NCBI GenBank assembly: GCA_012295275.1
Contig: CM022671.1
Location: 5,828,001-5,892,000, forward strand
Reading direction: 5' to 3'
From: Chrysomallon squamiferum
Lineage: Eukaryota; Animalia; Mollusca
Length of the DNA: 64,000 bases
Shown here in pieces: positions 1 through 15,330 of this stretch. A program made the translations under genes and the position numbers. How positions within the stretch are numbered: position 1 is the stretch's first letter; each line of letters opens with the position of its first letter. The notes beneath the pieces were generated by a model. It was not told the DNA's origin. It did not search any database and saw only the letters and a list, made by a program, of their open reading frames with translations.

Positions 1-390
1 ACGTTAGTATTAATGTTCACAACACTGGTAACACACTATGGTTACAGGTTACTGTTAATGTTTACAACACTGGAAACAGACACCATGGTTACAGGTTAGT
101 ATTAATGTTTACAACACTGGTAACAGACACTATGATTACAGGTTAGTATTAATATTTACAACAGAGGTAACACACTATGGTTACAGGTTACTGTTAATGT
201 TTACAACACTGGTAACAAACACTACACTTACAGTTTAGTATTAATGTTTACAACACTGGTAAAACACTATGGTTACAGGTTACTGTTAATGTTTACAACA
301 CTGGTAACAGACACTGTAGTTACAGGTTAGTCATAATGTTTACAACACTGGTAACAAACACTACAGTTTTACAGATTAGTATTAATGTTT
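1..390. repeat. Intronic minisatellite, ~45-47 bp unit, ~8 copies (truncated at window edge)
   Basis: The unit taatgtttacaacactggtaac(ag)acactatggttacaggtta(ctgt/gtat) recurs near 11, 56, 103, 150, 196, 242, 287, 334 and 383. Confidence 0.95.
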
Positions 391-562
391 TGGGCTGTTT
401 TTTATTTTTCATTATTATTTTTTTATTGAAAATATCTTTGATGAGTTCAGAACATTTCTATAAAAAGTAATAAAAACTATTCTGAGAAATGTGTATCATT
501 TGAATGACACATATTTATCACTATTCATGGATATTTGGTTGACAAGTAACTTGTATTCTCAG

Positions 563-970
563 ACTGTCAACAGAGGAAACCACTGGAAGAGGTTTGTTCG
601 AGGATTCCAGTCAGAGTAGAATTCCCTCCTCCTCATTACCAATCCGCAGAGCTCTGGACAGAGACTTTGAGTCAAGGACACCTTCACCAACTCGAGGCTA
701 CATTTCCCTGGACAGTGGGATCAATTCCAGGCCCGTGTCAAGAAAGTCACCCCAAAGAAGCCCGCCCAGAACATCTGACAGAGAGTTTGGAGGGGAGAAG
801 ATGCTGAGGGGAGGAGTATACAGCACACCTATGCCCATCTCTAGAGGGAGAAACACTTCTAAGGTAAGATTATCTTAAATTCATTTTTGTTGTAGTTCTA
901 GTAGTCAGGTGAGTTGAAAATTTTGTTGAAAGTGGTTACACTGGGTAATCTTAATTAAGTAGAAAACTTT

Positions 971-1044
<74 letters not shown>

Positions 1045-1695
1045 TACAGACAGATATATGCATACTTATACCCACACATACACTCACATTACACTGACTT
1101 ACTCATATACTGTGGATGAGATGAAATGATTAAATATGAATTATGCTTTATTTTATTCTTAGGTTTTATTTATTTTTTTGATGAAAAACATATTTTCATT
1201 TATTAAATTTATAAATGCAGAAATATGTTGAATTTTTAAGAGTTCACCAGTTTCATGTTTATTTCAGTCATTTTCTTCTGAAAACAGAAGTGTTAGAAAA
1301 AGTCCTCGTCCAACATCTCCTGTGACAGACGAACTGTCAGATGGACATGTGGATCAGAGTTTGGACAGTCATCCAGGATTAGTGGACAGTCACCACAATA
1401 CAGAGCGTGATGACTCTTACTTGTCAAACAGGTGTGTCACTGTCATTATTTATTTATTTAGTGATTTATTTATTTATTTAATTATTTCGTTATTTATATA
1501 GTTATTTATTTATGTATTTATTTGTATTATGTATTTAATATTTATTTATTTATTTAAGTATTTAGTTATTTACTTATTTATATATTATTTATTTATTTTT
1601 GTTTTATTTTTATTTATATTTTTGTGTATTTATTTATTTATTTATGTATTTTATTGATTTATTTATTTTTGTTTTTTATTTTTTAATTAAATTTT

Positions 1696-1742
<47 letters not shown>

Positions 1743-2501
1743 TTTTAATTATATTTTTATTTACTTACTTGCTTATGTATTTAAAAAATATTTTGCTTAA
1801 CTGATGTAATCATTCATTTGTTTTTTGTTTTGACAACTACACATGCGTTCTGTATTATTTCATTTTTTTCTGTAGTACATAAAATGTAGTCCAGTATGTT
1901 AATATTTCACTAAAGAGATGTGTTACCTGTTACAGCTCCAAGTTACGAGAGAAGCACATCAGAGCAATGTCTGACCTCAGGTCATACTATGAGTCCGAGA
2001 TTCAGGACTTGAGAGACGCCCTGGCAGTGGCCAGTCCAGTGAGAGAGACGGTCAAAGAGAGAATATTGCAGGAAGAAAACCAGGAACTGAAACAGAGGTG
2101 TGACGATTTAGTGGAACAGGTGCATGCCACTAGAATGTAAGTATTTGTTTTCTCACAGATATTTTTTAACTTAAAATTAAATTCCTTTTACAATGAAAAA
2201 GAGTATTTAAAATTGGGAATTCTGAAAAATTAAACCAAATAAAAGAATGATAAGATTGTGATATCAAGAATTTAATTATTTTTGAAAAATTTTTAAATTA
2301 TTTTTGTCATTTAGACCAAGCTCTATTCTTGTTATTCAACAAATGCCTCTTCAGTATAGTTAATCAAGATAAATATTCAGAAATTTTGATTGTTATTATG
2401 AAATTAACATATTTGTTTGTTGGTTGAAAGAATGCAGAAAAATGTTTTTTTCTATATATGCATTTTGTTTATTTATTATTTTTATTTATTTATTTACTTT
2501 T

Positions 2502-2550
<49 letters not shown>

Positions 2551-2860
2551 TATTTATTTATTTATTTATTGATTGATTGATTTTACAGTCATAATCGTGA
2601 ACTGGAACAGAAAATCCATGGATTAGAAATTCGTGCTGTAAGTTTATACAACATAATTAAATATATATATATAATTCTTTTTTTTCACTACAATTAATTT
2701 TGTTGTTTTCATCATTATAATTATTATTATTATTTTCATCACTGTCATTATTATTATCATCATAATTATTGTTTTTATCATTTTGATAGTTATCATCATC
2801 ATCATTATTACTATTATTATTATTATTATTATTTAATATATTTATTTTTGTTATTATTAC

Positions 2861-2904
<44 letters not shown>

Positions 2905-5900
2905 TTATGGCTACAAGTATTATCTTTATTCTATAAACATTACTATGTTTAAATATATTTTTTCAGAACGATTATGCGAATCGTTACGATGATTCTCAGA
3001 GAACTGTGTTGTCTCTGAAGAGTCGTTTAGAAGAACTACACTCCTATGCCAAGGAAAGAGACCAGATGATAGAAGAACTGGAAATCAGACTGAAAGAACA
3101 GAATATGTCTCTTCAAAACGCTTACAAGGTTCTTTCTTGAAAAATATAAATTTTGTAGAGGGTTATTAATGTAGCAGAGAGGATTCATTTCATTTTGAAA
3201 TTGTGCAGAGAGATATAAATGAAAAACTGTAGATTTATTTCAGTTACAAATATGTGTCTGAAGTATTTTTTACTGGTTTATGTTAATTAAGCTTATTTTT
3301 TTTTCAACTTAATTTGTGTAAGAAAGTTTATATATTTAGTGGCATATGGTACACACAACACACATGCTGATACACACACACACATACATAAACATTTGTA
3401 GAAATACAATTACAAGATATGCATCCATGTAGACAAATGTTCGATAATTATCAGTTATCAATTTCAAACTGATGACAATTAAACTTAAAAAATAAACTGT
3501 ATTCCAACATTTTTCTTAATATGTATAATTTTTTATCTTCAGAAAATAGATGAAATGACAGAGAACAACAGAAGAGATAAAACTACATTGCAGAAGGTAA
3601 AAAGTAAATTTATTTTTATTTTGCTTGTCCTCAGTTTTACCTAACTAAAATTTAAATTTCCCATTTGTTTATTTTGTTATTAGACTTTGTACAGTCATTG
3701 CATTAGAAACATTAGTTAACTTAAATGTTATTAACATTAATATTACTAAATCATTACAATTAATATATTTATTTTTTGTTACTATAGATATTGGAAAAAT
3801 ATGAAGGTTTAGAAAAAGAATATCACATTGTAAAAGTAAGTAAATATTTTTTCTCTTCTGTTCTGTACCAGCTGTTGTTTTCATTTTGATAAAATCAAAA
3901 TATATCTTCCTTAATTTATATTTCACTTTATCAAATAGAACTAATATAAATAAGTGCAATTAAATCAAGTATAAAACTAATTTTTTTTAGCTGAATTAAT
4001 GATTAATGGTGAACATCTTGAAATATTTTAATATTAACAGGTTTTGAATTTTTAGCAAGGTTTTTATTTTTTATTTTTTTGTTTTAATGCATAATATTTT
4101 TTTTTTTTTAAATTATAATTAGTGATATTTATTTATATATTTAATTTTTTTAATTATTTAGTTTTTTTTAATTATTCAATTATTTAGATTATTTATTTTA
4201 ATTATTTATATTTCATTCATTCATTTAATATCTATTATTATTATTTTTTTATTTACTAGATTTATTTATTTATTTATTTATCATGATAAATATATAAAAT
4301 AATAAAGTCTGTGTAACTTCAAGGTTTTATCTTATCTATTAGCAGCTAGAAATATTTTATTTCCACCTTCCCATAGACAGCCACAGTTCAGAAAAATGCC
4401 ATTACTGTTTGTCTCTTTGTGTTTCTCTAGTAGTTACTTTTGTCAGTATTAAAACAGACATTTTGTTTTTCTAACAGGACTCTGCCAGACAAACAGAAGA
4501 GAAGTATTACAATGCTAAACAGGAAGTGGTAGACTTAAACAAGTCAGTTGTATTTATTTTCAAATATTATTAATATTATTTAAGAAAAAGATACTTCATT
4601 ATTATTACTAATGTTGTTATTACTGTTTTAGCTGCATTTAATATGTCATTACTATTTTTATATTGTTGTTGTTAATGTTGATGCCACCTTTGTTGTCATT
4701 ATTAAATATTTATTTATATTTTAGTACAAACTGCAATGTTTCTTACCATGTTACATAAACAGATAAATAGAAATATTCAAATTAAATGGTGTTTTTTTTT
4801 TTTTTTAGGATTCTTTCAAAACTCGAGCTGCAGATAAAACATTTAAATAGAGAGAATGACAATCTCAGACACAAAGCTGCTGTAGCCATGAAGTAAGTAC
4901 AAAATGGTGGTATGTCAGTTCAAATCCTGATAGTTCCATTTTGAATATTGTTTTTAATATACACGGATAATTTTTGAATTTTTAAAATTTATTGTTATTA
5001 TTATTATTAAATTTTATTTTTAAATTTATCAAATTTTTATTTTATGTTTAAATTTACTATAATTAAATATTTTTATTTACTGTATTATTGTATTATTATT
5101 ATTATTATTATTACTTATTTTATACTATTATTTTTTTGGTTCTTTAAATTTTTAAGAAATAACAGCTGTATTGTTCAGGATACAGTATTTAATTATTATT
5201 ATTTTTTTTTTTTGGTCATTTCCTTTAACAAATCTAACTCTTATTATTATTATTATTTTTTTTTATGCATAATTAATTTTTTGATTACATTATGCTATTC
5301 TTTCCAATACATAATCGGCTGACTATCTATTCCAACTTCAGAAAGAGTGTATATATATTGACTCTTTCACAATATAATTAAAAATATTTCCTAGGGTGGG
5401 TAGCCACAAACATGTCTGATGTTATTTCATTTCATAGCATAATGAGATTTAAAGATCCTGCTTTACACAGTAAAAATAAAATTTTGAATGGATAAATCCA
5501 TTTATTGCAAGGAAAGGGTTAAAAAAAAAAGAAACATTATTATTAGAGTTTTGTCATTTACATTTCTTATAAATTATATAAAGAAGAAAGAGTTAGGCAA
5601 ATAAAAGAAAGAAAGATGGACTGTAAATATAAGCTTTTTAACTTGTTTATTATCACAAATATTTTACTTTACATTTTCTGTAGATTGTGTAGTACAAGAA
5701 TGTCAGTGTTTGTTAACATCAATAAACGACTTTTACAACGACTCCTGATTTAAAAAAAAAAATTCTTACTTCAGCATGGCTTCCGTCACAACAACAAGTT
5801 ACGAAGACTCGTTTGGTCTGTCAACAGATCACAGACGCAGCTTCATCAACAGCAACTGTGACATCAACGTCACCAGTCGTTCAACTACAGGAAATAGACC

Positions 5901-7691
5901 GTAATTAATTTACAAATATTGAATTTTGATGTTGTAGAGAAAACAAAAGCAGATGAACTCGACATGTTATTTCCACATATCTTGATTTTTTTAGTTTTGT
6001 TGTTAAATAAATTTTACAGATATCAAAACTGTGATTTGCAAAAGATATTTAATTTATTATTTTAATCCTCACAGCTAAAAATTAATTGAATTTTTTTTTT
6101 TCATCTACAGGTTAATTGTTAATGACCCAAGTTTTGCTGAAGAAACCTCATCAGATGCTGACAGTGAGAAAAGCAATGTATCACCACTGATAAAAGCTGA
6201 AAGAGAACTTCTCAAACTTCAGAAGCAACAGAACTTCGCAACAAAACTGTCACCTTCGTCAGCCAAAAAATACTACGGTAGCGATTTGTCGTTCCTAGGA
6301 AAACAAAGCACCGAGTATGAATACAGCAAGAAGTATTGTCACCAGTCACCTAAATATTCCACAAAGCAGTCACCCCCACGTTCAAAAACATCACCCCAGT
6401 GTCCAAACCGATCACCCTCACATACATCATCTTCAAAACAGAGAAGCAGGACATCAAGCACACCAAAACCAGACAGTCGAGAAAACAGCCGATTAGCAAA
6501 AACTCCTCCGAAAATTCACATACAACCGAAGAAATATTCGTCTCCAACACGATTTGATGTCGACCTCGACTATCAGACCAAGTATGACAGACAGAAAGAC
6601 TCGCGGATTGTGGATGGTGAAGACAGCTATGAAAGAAAGGTGTCTAATTCGAGATCGCAGACTCCAAACAGAACTCAAGGTAAGTAAGATTAATTGTCCC
6701 CGTTTTTGATTTTATTTTTTTATATAAATTGTATTAAAATGTTTGTCTGCATAGAAGTGAAGACAGCAGCAGTTTTTTGCATCATTGTTTATTATTGTTG
6801 TTTGTGTATTAATAAGAAATTTGTATTTTATTTTATTTTATTTTTTTTTTTTTTTTTTTATTATTATTTTTTTTTTTTGCTTGCTTATTTATTAATTTAA
6901 TTTATTTTTTTATTTTAATTTATACTTGGTTTGTTTATTTGTTTATTTATTCAGTATGTGATTTTTGGACTTTTTTAAAAATATTGTTTCTTTATTAATT
7001 TATATATTTATTTATTTGTTTATTTGTGTATTTATTTATTTATTTGTTTATTTGTTTATTTATTTGTTTGTTTTGTTTGTTTATTTTGTTTGTTTATTTA
7101 TTTATTTATTTGTTTGTTTGTTTGTTTGTTTGTTTATTTGTTTATTTTGTTTGTTTGTTTATTTATATATTTATTTATTTATTTATTACAGTCACAAACA
7201 AGACAGTGGCTGACACTCTGGACCGGGTGAAGGCAGGTGACTTTGTTTCCAGACCACAGTGGGAAGATGTTCACACTTCACTTGCCAAACCTAAATCATC
7301 TACCTTTGTACCATTAGCTACCATGGTAATAACCTTTATATCATGATCATCATCTTCAAATCATCATTGTTGTTGTCATCATCTCACATAATCTGTTGTT
7401 AATGAAAAATCACGATCATCTTCTGATGTTACTTGACATCTCCTTTGTGTTTGTTTGGGTCTGAATCTTAATTTCGTTCACTAAAAAATATTATATATAC
7501 CAATATAAAAGTTAAAGTTTGTTTATTTCTTTATTTATTTATATCTTTATTTGTTTGTTTGTTCATTTATTTATTTATTTTATTTATTTATTTATTTATT
7601 TATTTATTTGTTTATTTATTTATTTATTTTTGTTTTTATTTATTTGTATCTTTATTAATTAATTTATTTGTTTGTTTATTTATTTAGTTAC

Positions 7692-7726
<35 letters not shown>

Positions 7727-8153
7727 TTTTATCTATCTGTCTTATCTGTCTTGTTAGATAGATTGTCTCTGTATTTTTTTTGAATGAATAAGACACAAAG
7801 TAAATTGCTTTTTGATAAATGTGTGATTTGAAACAACAAGAGTAAAACGTAGGGTAGGGGTGGGAGAGAGATAAATTAAGACAGAGAGATAGTGACAGAA
7901 TGAGGAATGAGAGAAAGAACAACAAAGGATGTAAAGATGAAAATAAGACAGAAATCAACTTCTTCTTTTTTTTCCTTTTATTATAGTCCAGAGAACAGAG
8001 ACTGGAAGAAAGACTGAAAACTATAGAAAAGCTTGAGAAGAAATATGAAGAGCTGCAGGCTGAAAAGAGAAAGGTAAAAATAAAATTTAGTGTCTGTGAA
8101 TTGACCTCTGTACAGTTTGTCTTAATCAGTGTAAGACTGAGAATGTGGTAGTA

Positions 8154-8219
<66 letters not shown>

Positions 8220-9042
8220 GTGCGTGCGTGCCTGTTCTTGAGTGTATCTTTGAGTTGCATATGTGTGTTTATGTTTGTATGTGGATGTGTGGGTACATGC
8301 ATGTCTGTGAGTATATTCTAGAAATATTATTATAATTTGTTTTCTGTTTTTTTAGTTGGAGTCTGCTCTAACAAGAATCCCAAGTCATGGGCATTTGAGA
8401 CAAAAGGTAAATTCAGTTTGAATCTTATTCCAAATAGTAGTTCTGTTTTCCAAATATTTTACTTACACTGATACTGTATCCAAATAATGCATTAAAAAAA
8501 AAAAAACCAAAGAGAAATAAATACATGTGACGTTTTCTGTTTGTTTTATCAGTAATTTTGTCATCAACTAGAATTTTCAGTTGTTTAAAAAAATAAAAAT
8601 AAAAAATCTTGTCTGATAAATAAATTCAAACATGTGTGCATTAGCTTGTTCATAAAAGCCTGAGCTGTTCCTGTTCAGGGGTAGGTAGATACATACAAAA
8701 TATTTTTGCTGCTAATCATTGCCATTTCACACAAGAATTGTCTAAAAGAAAAATAATGTACTGATTGTCAGTAAAAAAAATGTCATTCTTATTTTAACCA
8801 AAGAAAGTTTGTAAGTAAATGATTCTTTTTAAAACAATATAATCACATTTTCTGAGAATAGTGAAGTCCATGAAAATAAAAGAAGGTATAAAACAATTAC
8901 TGTGTATTTATGTAGGTGTCTATATTTAAAATGTTTTTGTTTGTAGGAAGAACTGGAAGACCAGTATGACAAAGTGGAGAAAGAGCTGGGATCTGTGAGA
9001 ATGTCACTCAAACGTTTCCAAGTTATCAAATCAACCATTTAA
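563..9042 (+). CDS. MPHOSPH9: M-phase phosphoprotein 9 homolog (5'-partial, last 15 coding exons, ~729 aa in window)
   Basis: GT-AG exons with consistent phases: 563-863, 1268-1431, 1936-2136, 2589-2637, 2967-3128, 3543-3596, 3788-3835, 4478-4542, 4809-4892, 5775-5900, 6111-6679, 7192-7325, 7987-8073, 8356-8406, 8947-9042 (TAA). Motifs KLREKHIRAMSDLRSYYESEI, a central coiled coil and the C-terminus LESALTRIP...EKELGSVRMSLKRFQVIK match MPHOSPH9 as I recall it. Confidence 0.9.
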
Positions 9043-12000
9043 AAAAATCATCCTTCTCTTTTTATATATAAAAAAAAAAACACGAGCAAAAACATTTAAC
9101 ATTTACTTCACCCATTACATTAAATCAGAAAGACATTATCACTACGTTTTCATTTTTATATAATACTTGAAGATATCTTAGTTCAAATGTGCTGAGATTG
9201 CTGATATGATCAGAACCAATTTCAATTTCAAGATGATATTGTTGGAACTTGTTAATGAAAAGTTGGATGATGAAGGGATTTATACAGTTGGTGTTGATGT
9301 AACTAGAATCAAGTTTAATTTTGACTATGTTGATAGTGGGCAAATTAATGTACTGATGGAAATTATAATACTGAATAAACTAGTTACTATTAGTGTCTAG
9401 TTAAATTCTAACTGTCATCACTGAGCAGATTAGAATTAATCTTTTGGTGGAAATTATTAATACAACACTGGGTGATAAACAAATGACTAAAAATGTATTG
9501 TTAGTGTAGATATTACTAGAGTCTAGTTAAATGGTAACAATGAACAAATTAATACATTTGGATGTGTTTATAATCTATTAATAGTTCACAATGTCAGTAA
9601 TGGAGAAATTAATATTAATGTGTTTATTAATTGATTTATTATTGGAAATTATTAATATAAAACTGCATGATACAGTGGCAAACAAATTAATACAAATATA
9701 TAGTTTGTGTTATAATTATTAGAGTAGTTAAATTTTAACTATTAATAGTGTACACATTAATTATAAGGTGTTTTTGGAAATTATTAATGTAATAATGATA
9801 AAATGATGGACAGGTTGATAAAAATATGTTATGGGCAAAGAAATTCTGTAACATTTCCTTTAAGTTATATGAAAAATTAATATTAAACATGTTAGATGTT
9901 AGTTAAAATTTCAGTTTAATAAAATACTGGGTGATATGATTGTGGAAAATTAATATAAATGTATTATTAGTTTAGATACTAATATATTAATAGTGGATAC
10001 ACATAAATGTACTTGTCAAAGTTCAGTTAATAATATAATAATATGACTGTTCAGTTAATATGGTACTAATATATTAGTTGATGCTAAATTCTAACTACAG
10101 TATTACTGAAAGGACAAACAAAATACGTATTAATAGTATAGTGCCTGTCGGTCAAAATGTCAGCATAACATTTACATAAATTTGTTATTTTCAAGTTGAA
10201 GTATTATTGAAAGTTAAAAAAAAATGAATATATCATACAAATCTTAGCATAATGAAAGAAATATTAGATATAATTTCAGTCCAGTTTTAGTTTAATTTTC
10301 AGTCTGCATGTGTGTATATATAGAGAGAGAGAGAGAGAGAGGTTAAAATGTTTTGCATTGAAAGATAATTAAGAATTCACTATAAATAATAGGGTAATTT
10401 AGAAGTTTTAATATAATTAATATTACAAGTTAGTTAAAATTTCAGAACATTCAATACTCTAATTCTGAAAATAGTAACATTATTAGTATGATGATGATAA
10501 TTATGAGTATTTTAATGATTATGCTGATCATGATGGTGATGATGATGATGATTATTATTAATATTACTATTACTACTTCTACTACTAACTATTATTATTA
10601 TTATTATTATTATTGCTGCTACTACTACTACTACTACTATTATTATTATTATCATTTTGACTGTGGTTAACTGCTGTGGACTTCATTTTGCTTCTACTCA
10701 AATAATTCTCATCCTGTCAAAGGATGCTAACATCAGGATACTTATATGCAAATCATCTCACTTGTATCACTGCCACCTGCATTTTTTTACCTTTACAATT
10801 CAATTAAAAGTAATATTCTTTCAACATTCCAATAGAAATATATCTATGATATATATATATATATATATATATCCAGCTATCTGTCTACCTATATATATAT
10901 GGTATTTTTTAACTGATTTTTATATGTTTATAATGGATATCTTCTTTTTTTTTTTTATCCTGTATAAATCAGCTTATCCGTCCATTATACATTTTGTCAG
11001 TTACATCAAAAGATTAATGCAGAAAAAGTGTTAGTGTATTTTGTATATTCATTTCATGTCTGATTTTGTCTTTAAAATTTACAAAAATTTACAGTGGTGT
11101 TTTATTCAGATAGTTGAACATTTCTTTAAGGGGACGAAAAAAGTGACGTAAATTTTATTATTTATTTGTTTCTTTTTAAACATGATAATGTCAAGTTATA
11201 AATTTCTGTCACATTTTTCTGTGTCAAATTTCAACATAAGACCATAGGTGAAGTGTTGTATGTTTTGTGGGTATTTTATTATTTTTATACTTATACTGTT
11301 CTGAGATAAACATTTTTTCATTTTATCTATATGTCATCTATGCATTTAGAGTCATACTGCTGATAAAAATATATTCTATACTCTGTATACTGTTTTAACA
11401 TTTTATTAAGCATTTATTGTTTTGTTTAATTTTCTTTTACTCCAAAAAAGTTTTCTCCTTTCATTGTCACAGAGAAAAATCCAGTTAATAAGACAGTAAC
11501 AAATTTGGGTTTCCATTTTTGTTACTCTAATAATTAAATAAAAAAATTATAACTATTTATTTATATATATATTAATTTTTTTTTTTTATTTTTTTTTTTT
11601 TTTCAGTGTTTTTTTTTTAATACATAAGAGTTGCTAGTAGTTAAAATGTACGTATTTTATTATACTTAATTAAACATTCATTTTTTTAAATTTCACTTTG
11701 TCATCTAATTTATTTTCAGTTTATGCATTGTATGGTGAATTTTATTTTTATTTTTCACTGCTTATATTGTTATTTATTTTTAAAAAAGCATTGATCAGTC
11801 ATAAAAGGATGTGTTAGTACAAAATGAAATGATGTATTTAAAGCTGTCATTGTAAATGTGTTGTGGGTGTTTAATTATTTTTATAAATTACCACATTCAT
11901 TTGGCAGCTTAGTGTTTTTTCTTTATGTTTTAGTTTATAAGTTGTTTTAAGTTTTTATTTGATATGTTCAAGACTGAAGAGAGAAAATTTTGTTTAATTT

Positions 12001-14189
12001 TTGTTACGTTTTTTTTTTTTTTAAATTTTATTATATTTTTTGGTTATTATTATTTTATGGAAAATATTTGTTGGTAATTAGGGATATTTGTCTTTTATTT
12101 ATTTTATTTATTTAGAAATGATGTTTATTTATTTATTTATTTATTACTACTCTTTAACAACAGAAAAGAAAAATGTCACAGAAAGCTGTAAAACTTTATA
12201 AAATATTATTTAATTTCTGTGAGTATGTAATAGTTTTTTGACTTGGTATTGTTGAGAATCCAGATCATACTTAAAAAAAAAATTCTTCTTTTATTTTTAA
12301 TTAGTAATTTATTTATTTTTAAAAAGACAATAATGAAAGACAGAAAATTACTTTGAAATTTGCTAGCACTATTTTTTTTCTCAAATGAAAAAAAATGTGT
12401 TTGGTAAAACTGATATAATATTTCTATATTTTGTTTATAATTTGTACTTCATAATATTTATGTATTATAATATTTCTTTCTGAAGTTTTTGAACACATTT
12501 TGTGAAAAATTATGAGTTGCTATTACTAATACATAGAAAAAATCACAATAAGAATAAAAATACAATTATAAATGCTAATTAAGTTACACAGAATTCCTAA
12601 AACAGACTTTAGAAATCAGTCTGGAATTTCTTACAGTTCTGTTAAAATTACTTGATATGCTTTTGAATCCTTATTTTCATGGGATATTTTGAATAAATAA
12701 ATAAATAAATAAAGAAAGAAAGAAAGATAACAAAAAAGATGGCAGTAGTTGTGTACAAATGAACATATAATTCTAATTCCATGTCAATGAAAGCAAAGGT
12801 GACACCTTAAATAAATCTTCTGCATTTAATAACAGTTATTTTAATTGCTTGATTTCTCTTTAACAAAAAAGTTTTTAAAAAAACAATTAAGAAAATTATA
12901 TAATTTGTTTTCTAAACTACAAGTGAACAAATTAAATTCAGCTCAATTAAGAATAACAAATAACAAAATGAAAAATGGATGTAATGAGTGTAAGATTAAT
13001 CAATAAAATAAACATTTATGAAATAATGATTTATACTTTGAATTTGCCTCATGTAAATAATGACTGTGTCTCAAATAAATGTTTTTTATTACAGTTATTT
13101 GACATTCTAAACTGATTTCAAAGGTCTCTTTCGCAAAAAAAAAATGTTTCGTACTTAGACCTGAAGTCAGTCTGTTTTAGAAATTCTGTACTTACTTTTA
13201 TTCTTAATAATACTCCAACTACTACTACCAAGACTACCTTTACTACTAGTACTACTACTTAATTGTACTTTTTTCACTTTTCATAAACAAAAAGATGAAC
13301 AAATCATACATAAATGTAACAAAATTTACATGTAGTGTCAGGCAAGTTTACAATGTCACAAAATCATTTAATCTTTTAAACATTTAAGTGGAAACTATTT
13401 GTAGTAAAAAAAAAATAGAAACGGGTGCATTTTACATACATCATTTTTTATCCTTTAAGTGTAAACATTCATCACTGAAGAAATTTCCATTTTTTTTCTT
13501 GACAAACTGCCAGTTTTCTCATTTTTTTCAATTCAGTATTCATTTTATCATGTGTTTATGATGTATCACAAAAAAAAAAAATAAAAAAAAAAAAAAAAAA
13601 AAAAATAAAAAAATAAAATAAAATATAGACATAATTAGATACAGTAGAAAAAAAATGTTAATATAAGTATCATTTTTTTTTCTTCAATTATTTGAAATGT
13701 AGTTAGAATTGAATATACTGTAAGAATTCAGAAATATTACAAATTTATTTCAGACATAAACATTTTGTTTGAGAAAAAATAGAAACAGAATAGAAATTTA
13801 TTATATAAAGTATTTTTCTTTTTTCAGTTCAGATTACTTGTGTGCAGTATTAAATAAAAGTTAGCAACAGTTAAATTATTCTGATTCTGTTGTATGATGC
13901 AGCATCTATTTTTATTTATTATGTATTGTCAGTAAGCTTGTATTAATAAACATTATAACTAAGTTTTTTGTATTTTTTGGGGAGGGTAGTGTACTTACTT
14001 TAATTATTATTACTGCTATTGTTATCATCCGTTTTTGGTTTTGAAATGCAAATAATTACTGTGTGCTAAATATGAAGCACAGGGTATAATTATAAAAATA
14101 TTAATATATTTGTTACTAGTAAGCATTTTAACACAACACATTTTAATTTATAAGATATCAAATGTTATCTAAAAATATTATGGGTTATT

Positions 14190-14290
14190 CTCAGCAAGTG
14201 ATCTTTTATATATATGTGCCTTCCCTTGAGCTGCATTTGAAAATCTGGGTATGAGCACTGGTTGGAAGTAAAAATAGACCAGTGAGAATT
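14190..14290 (-). mobile_element. Degenerate SINE-like dispersed repeat fragment
   Basis: agcaagtgatcttttatat and gagcactggttggaagtaaaaatagacc share blocks with 22496-22520 (agcagcaagggatcctttctat) and 44185-44210 (gagtactggctggaacgagaaaaagc). They resemble a gastropod tRNA-derived SINE from memory. Confidence 0.5.
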
Positions 14291-14579
14291 GTGACTGCTT
14301 CACTATTTCACAAACAGGAGTTAATAAATAAATAAATAAATAAATAAAGTTAAAATGATAAAACAGAAAAATAAGGAAGAACAAAGTTAGTATATTTTAT
14401 TGCACAATAACAAAATACAAGTTATTGGAAATGCTTTTTTAAAATGTTAATATTTTAAGGTGATTTTTGTGTATATTTTAACCATTTAAAACTAATCATA
14501 TAACCAGCAAGCTCTTTTAACAGTCATTTCATAATAATTACAAATACACATCAACAAACATGCCAATTCAATAATTCTA

Positions 14580-14615
<36 letters not shown>

Positions 14616-15330
14616 AATCATTTGGTCTATTAAAAAAAAAAAGAGAATATTAAACATGTCTGCCACTACTGCAGGCTTACATTACATTTTATCTTGCCTG
14701 GTTCACTTAAATTATCTTGAAGCACTTTATAAATAAATGTTTTTTTTTGCATAGCTCAGACTTGAACAGTTCCAAAATCATTGAAATATCTCCCATATTA
14801 AATGCAGGGTTGGTAAATATATTAAAATAAAAAAATGCAGCTTTCATCTGTGGTGTATCTTTCAATCATGTACCTCTTAAAATTTAAAAAAAAAAATATA
14901 TATATATATATAACCCCAGTCTCTTTCTAGATGTAAAAATATTTGCAGAATATTATAAACCTTAATGTTAAAACAATAATAATATTTCAAAGTGTGTTTA
15001 TGCAGTACCAAGTAAAAATCAAAATAACTAATTAATTTTTGATAAATGACAGAAGGAACAAAATAAACCACCATTAATGTATTTAAAAAAAAAAAAATAA
15101 TAACTTTTAAGTTAATGTAAAGCAAAACCATATTTATTATCTTCATCTTCTTCTTTTTATTTATATTTTTTTTTAAATAATGCTTACATAAAAATAAAAA
15201 TAATAATAAAAAAAAGAGGTTCTTTGTACCGCTGTTTTCACAAACTGAAGTTAACATATTATTTACCCATATGATCACAATGTACCAAAAAGCAATTCAG
15301 CTCAGTTTATTTTGTTACTTTTTGTTTCTG

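Noticed and set aside
1-390. Regularly spaced repeats that might suggest a CRISPR array
   Set aside because: Units are head-to-tail with no unique spacers, there are no cas genes, and the context is a eukaryotic intron. The same applies to 16402-16887 and 55440-55710.
6965-7346. Long hydrophobic ORFs (FIYLF repeats) and similar poly-N, poly-L, CVCV, LSLS and HTHT ORFs across the window
   Set aside because: They are translations of microsatellites; only 7192-7325 is a real exon here.
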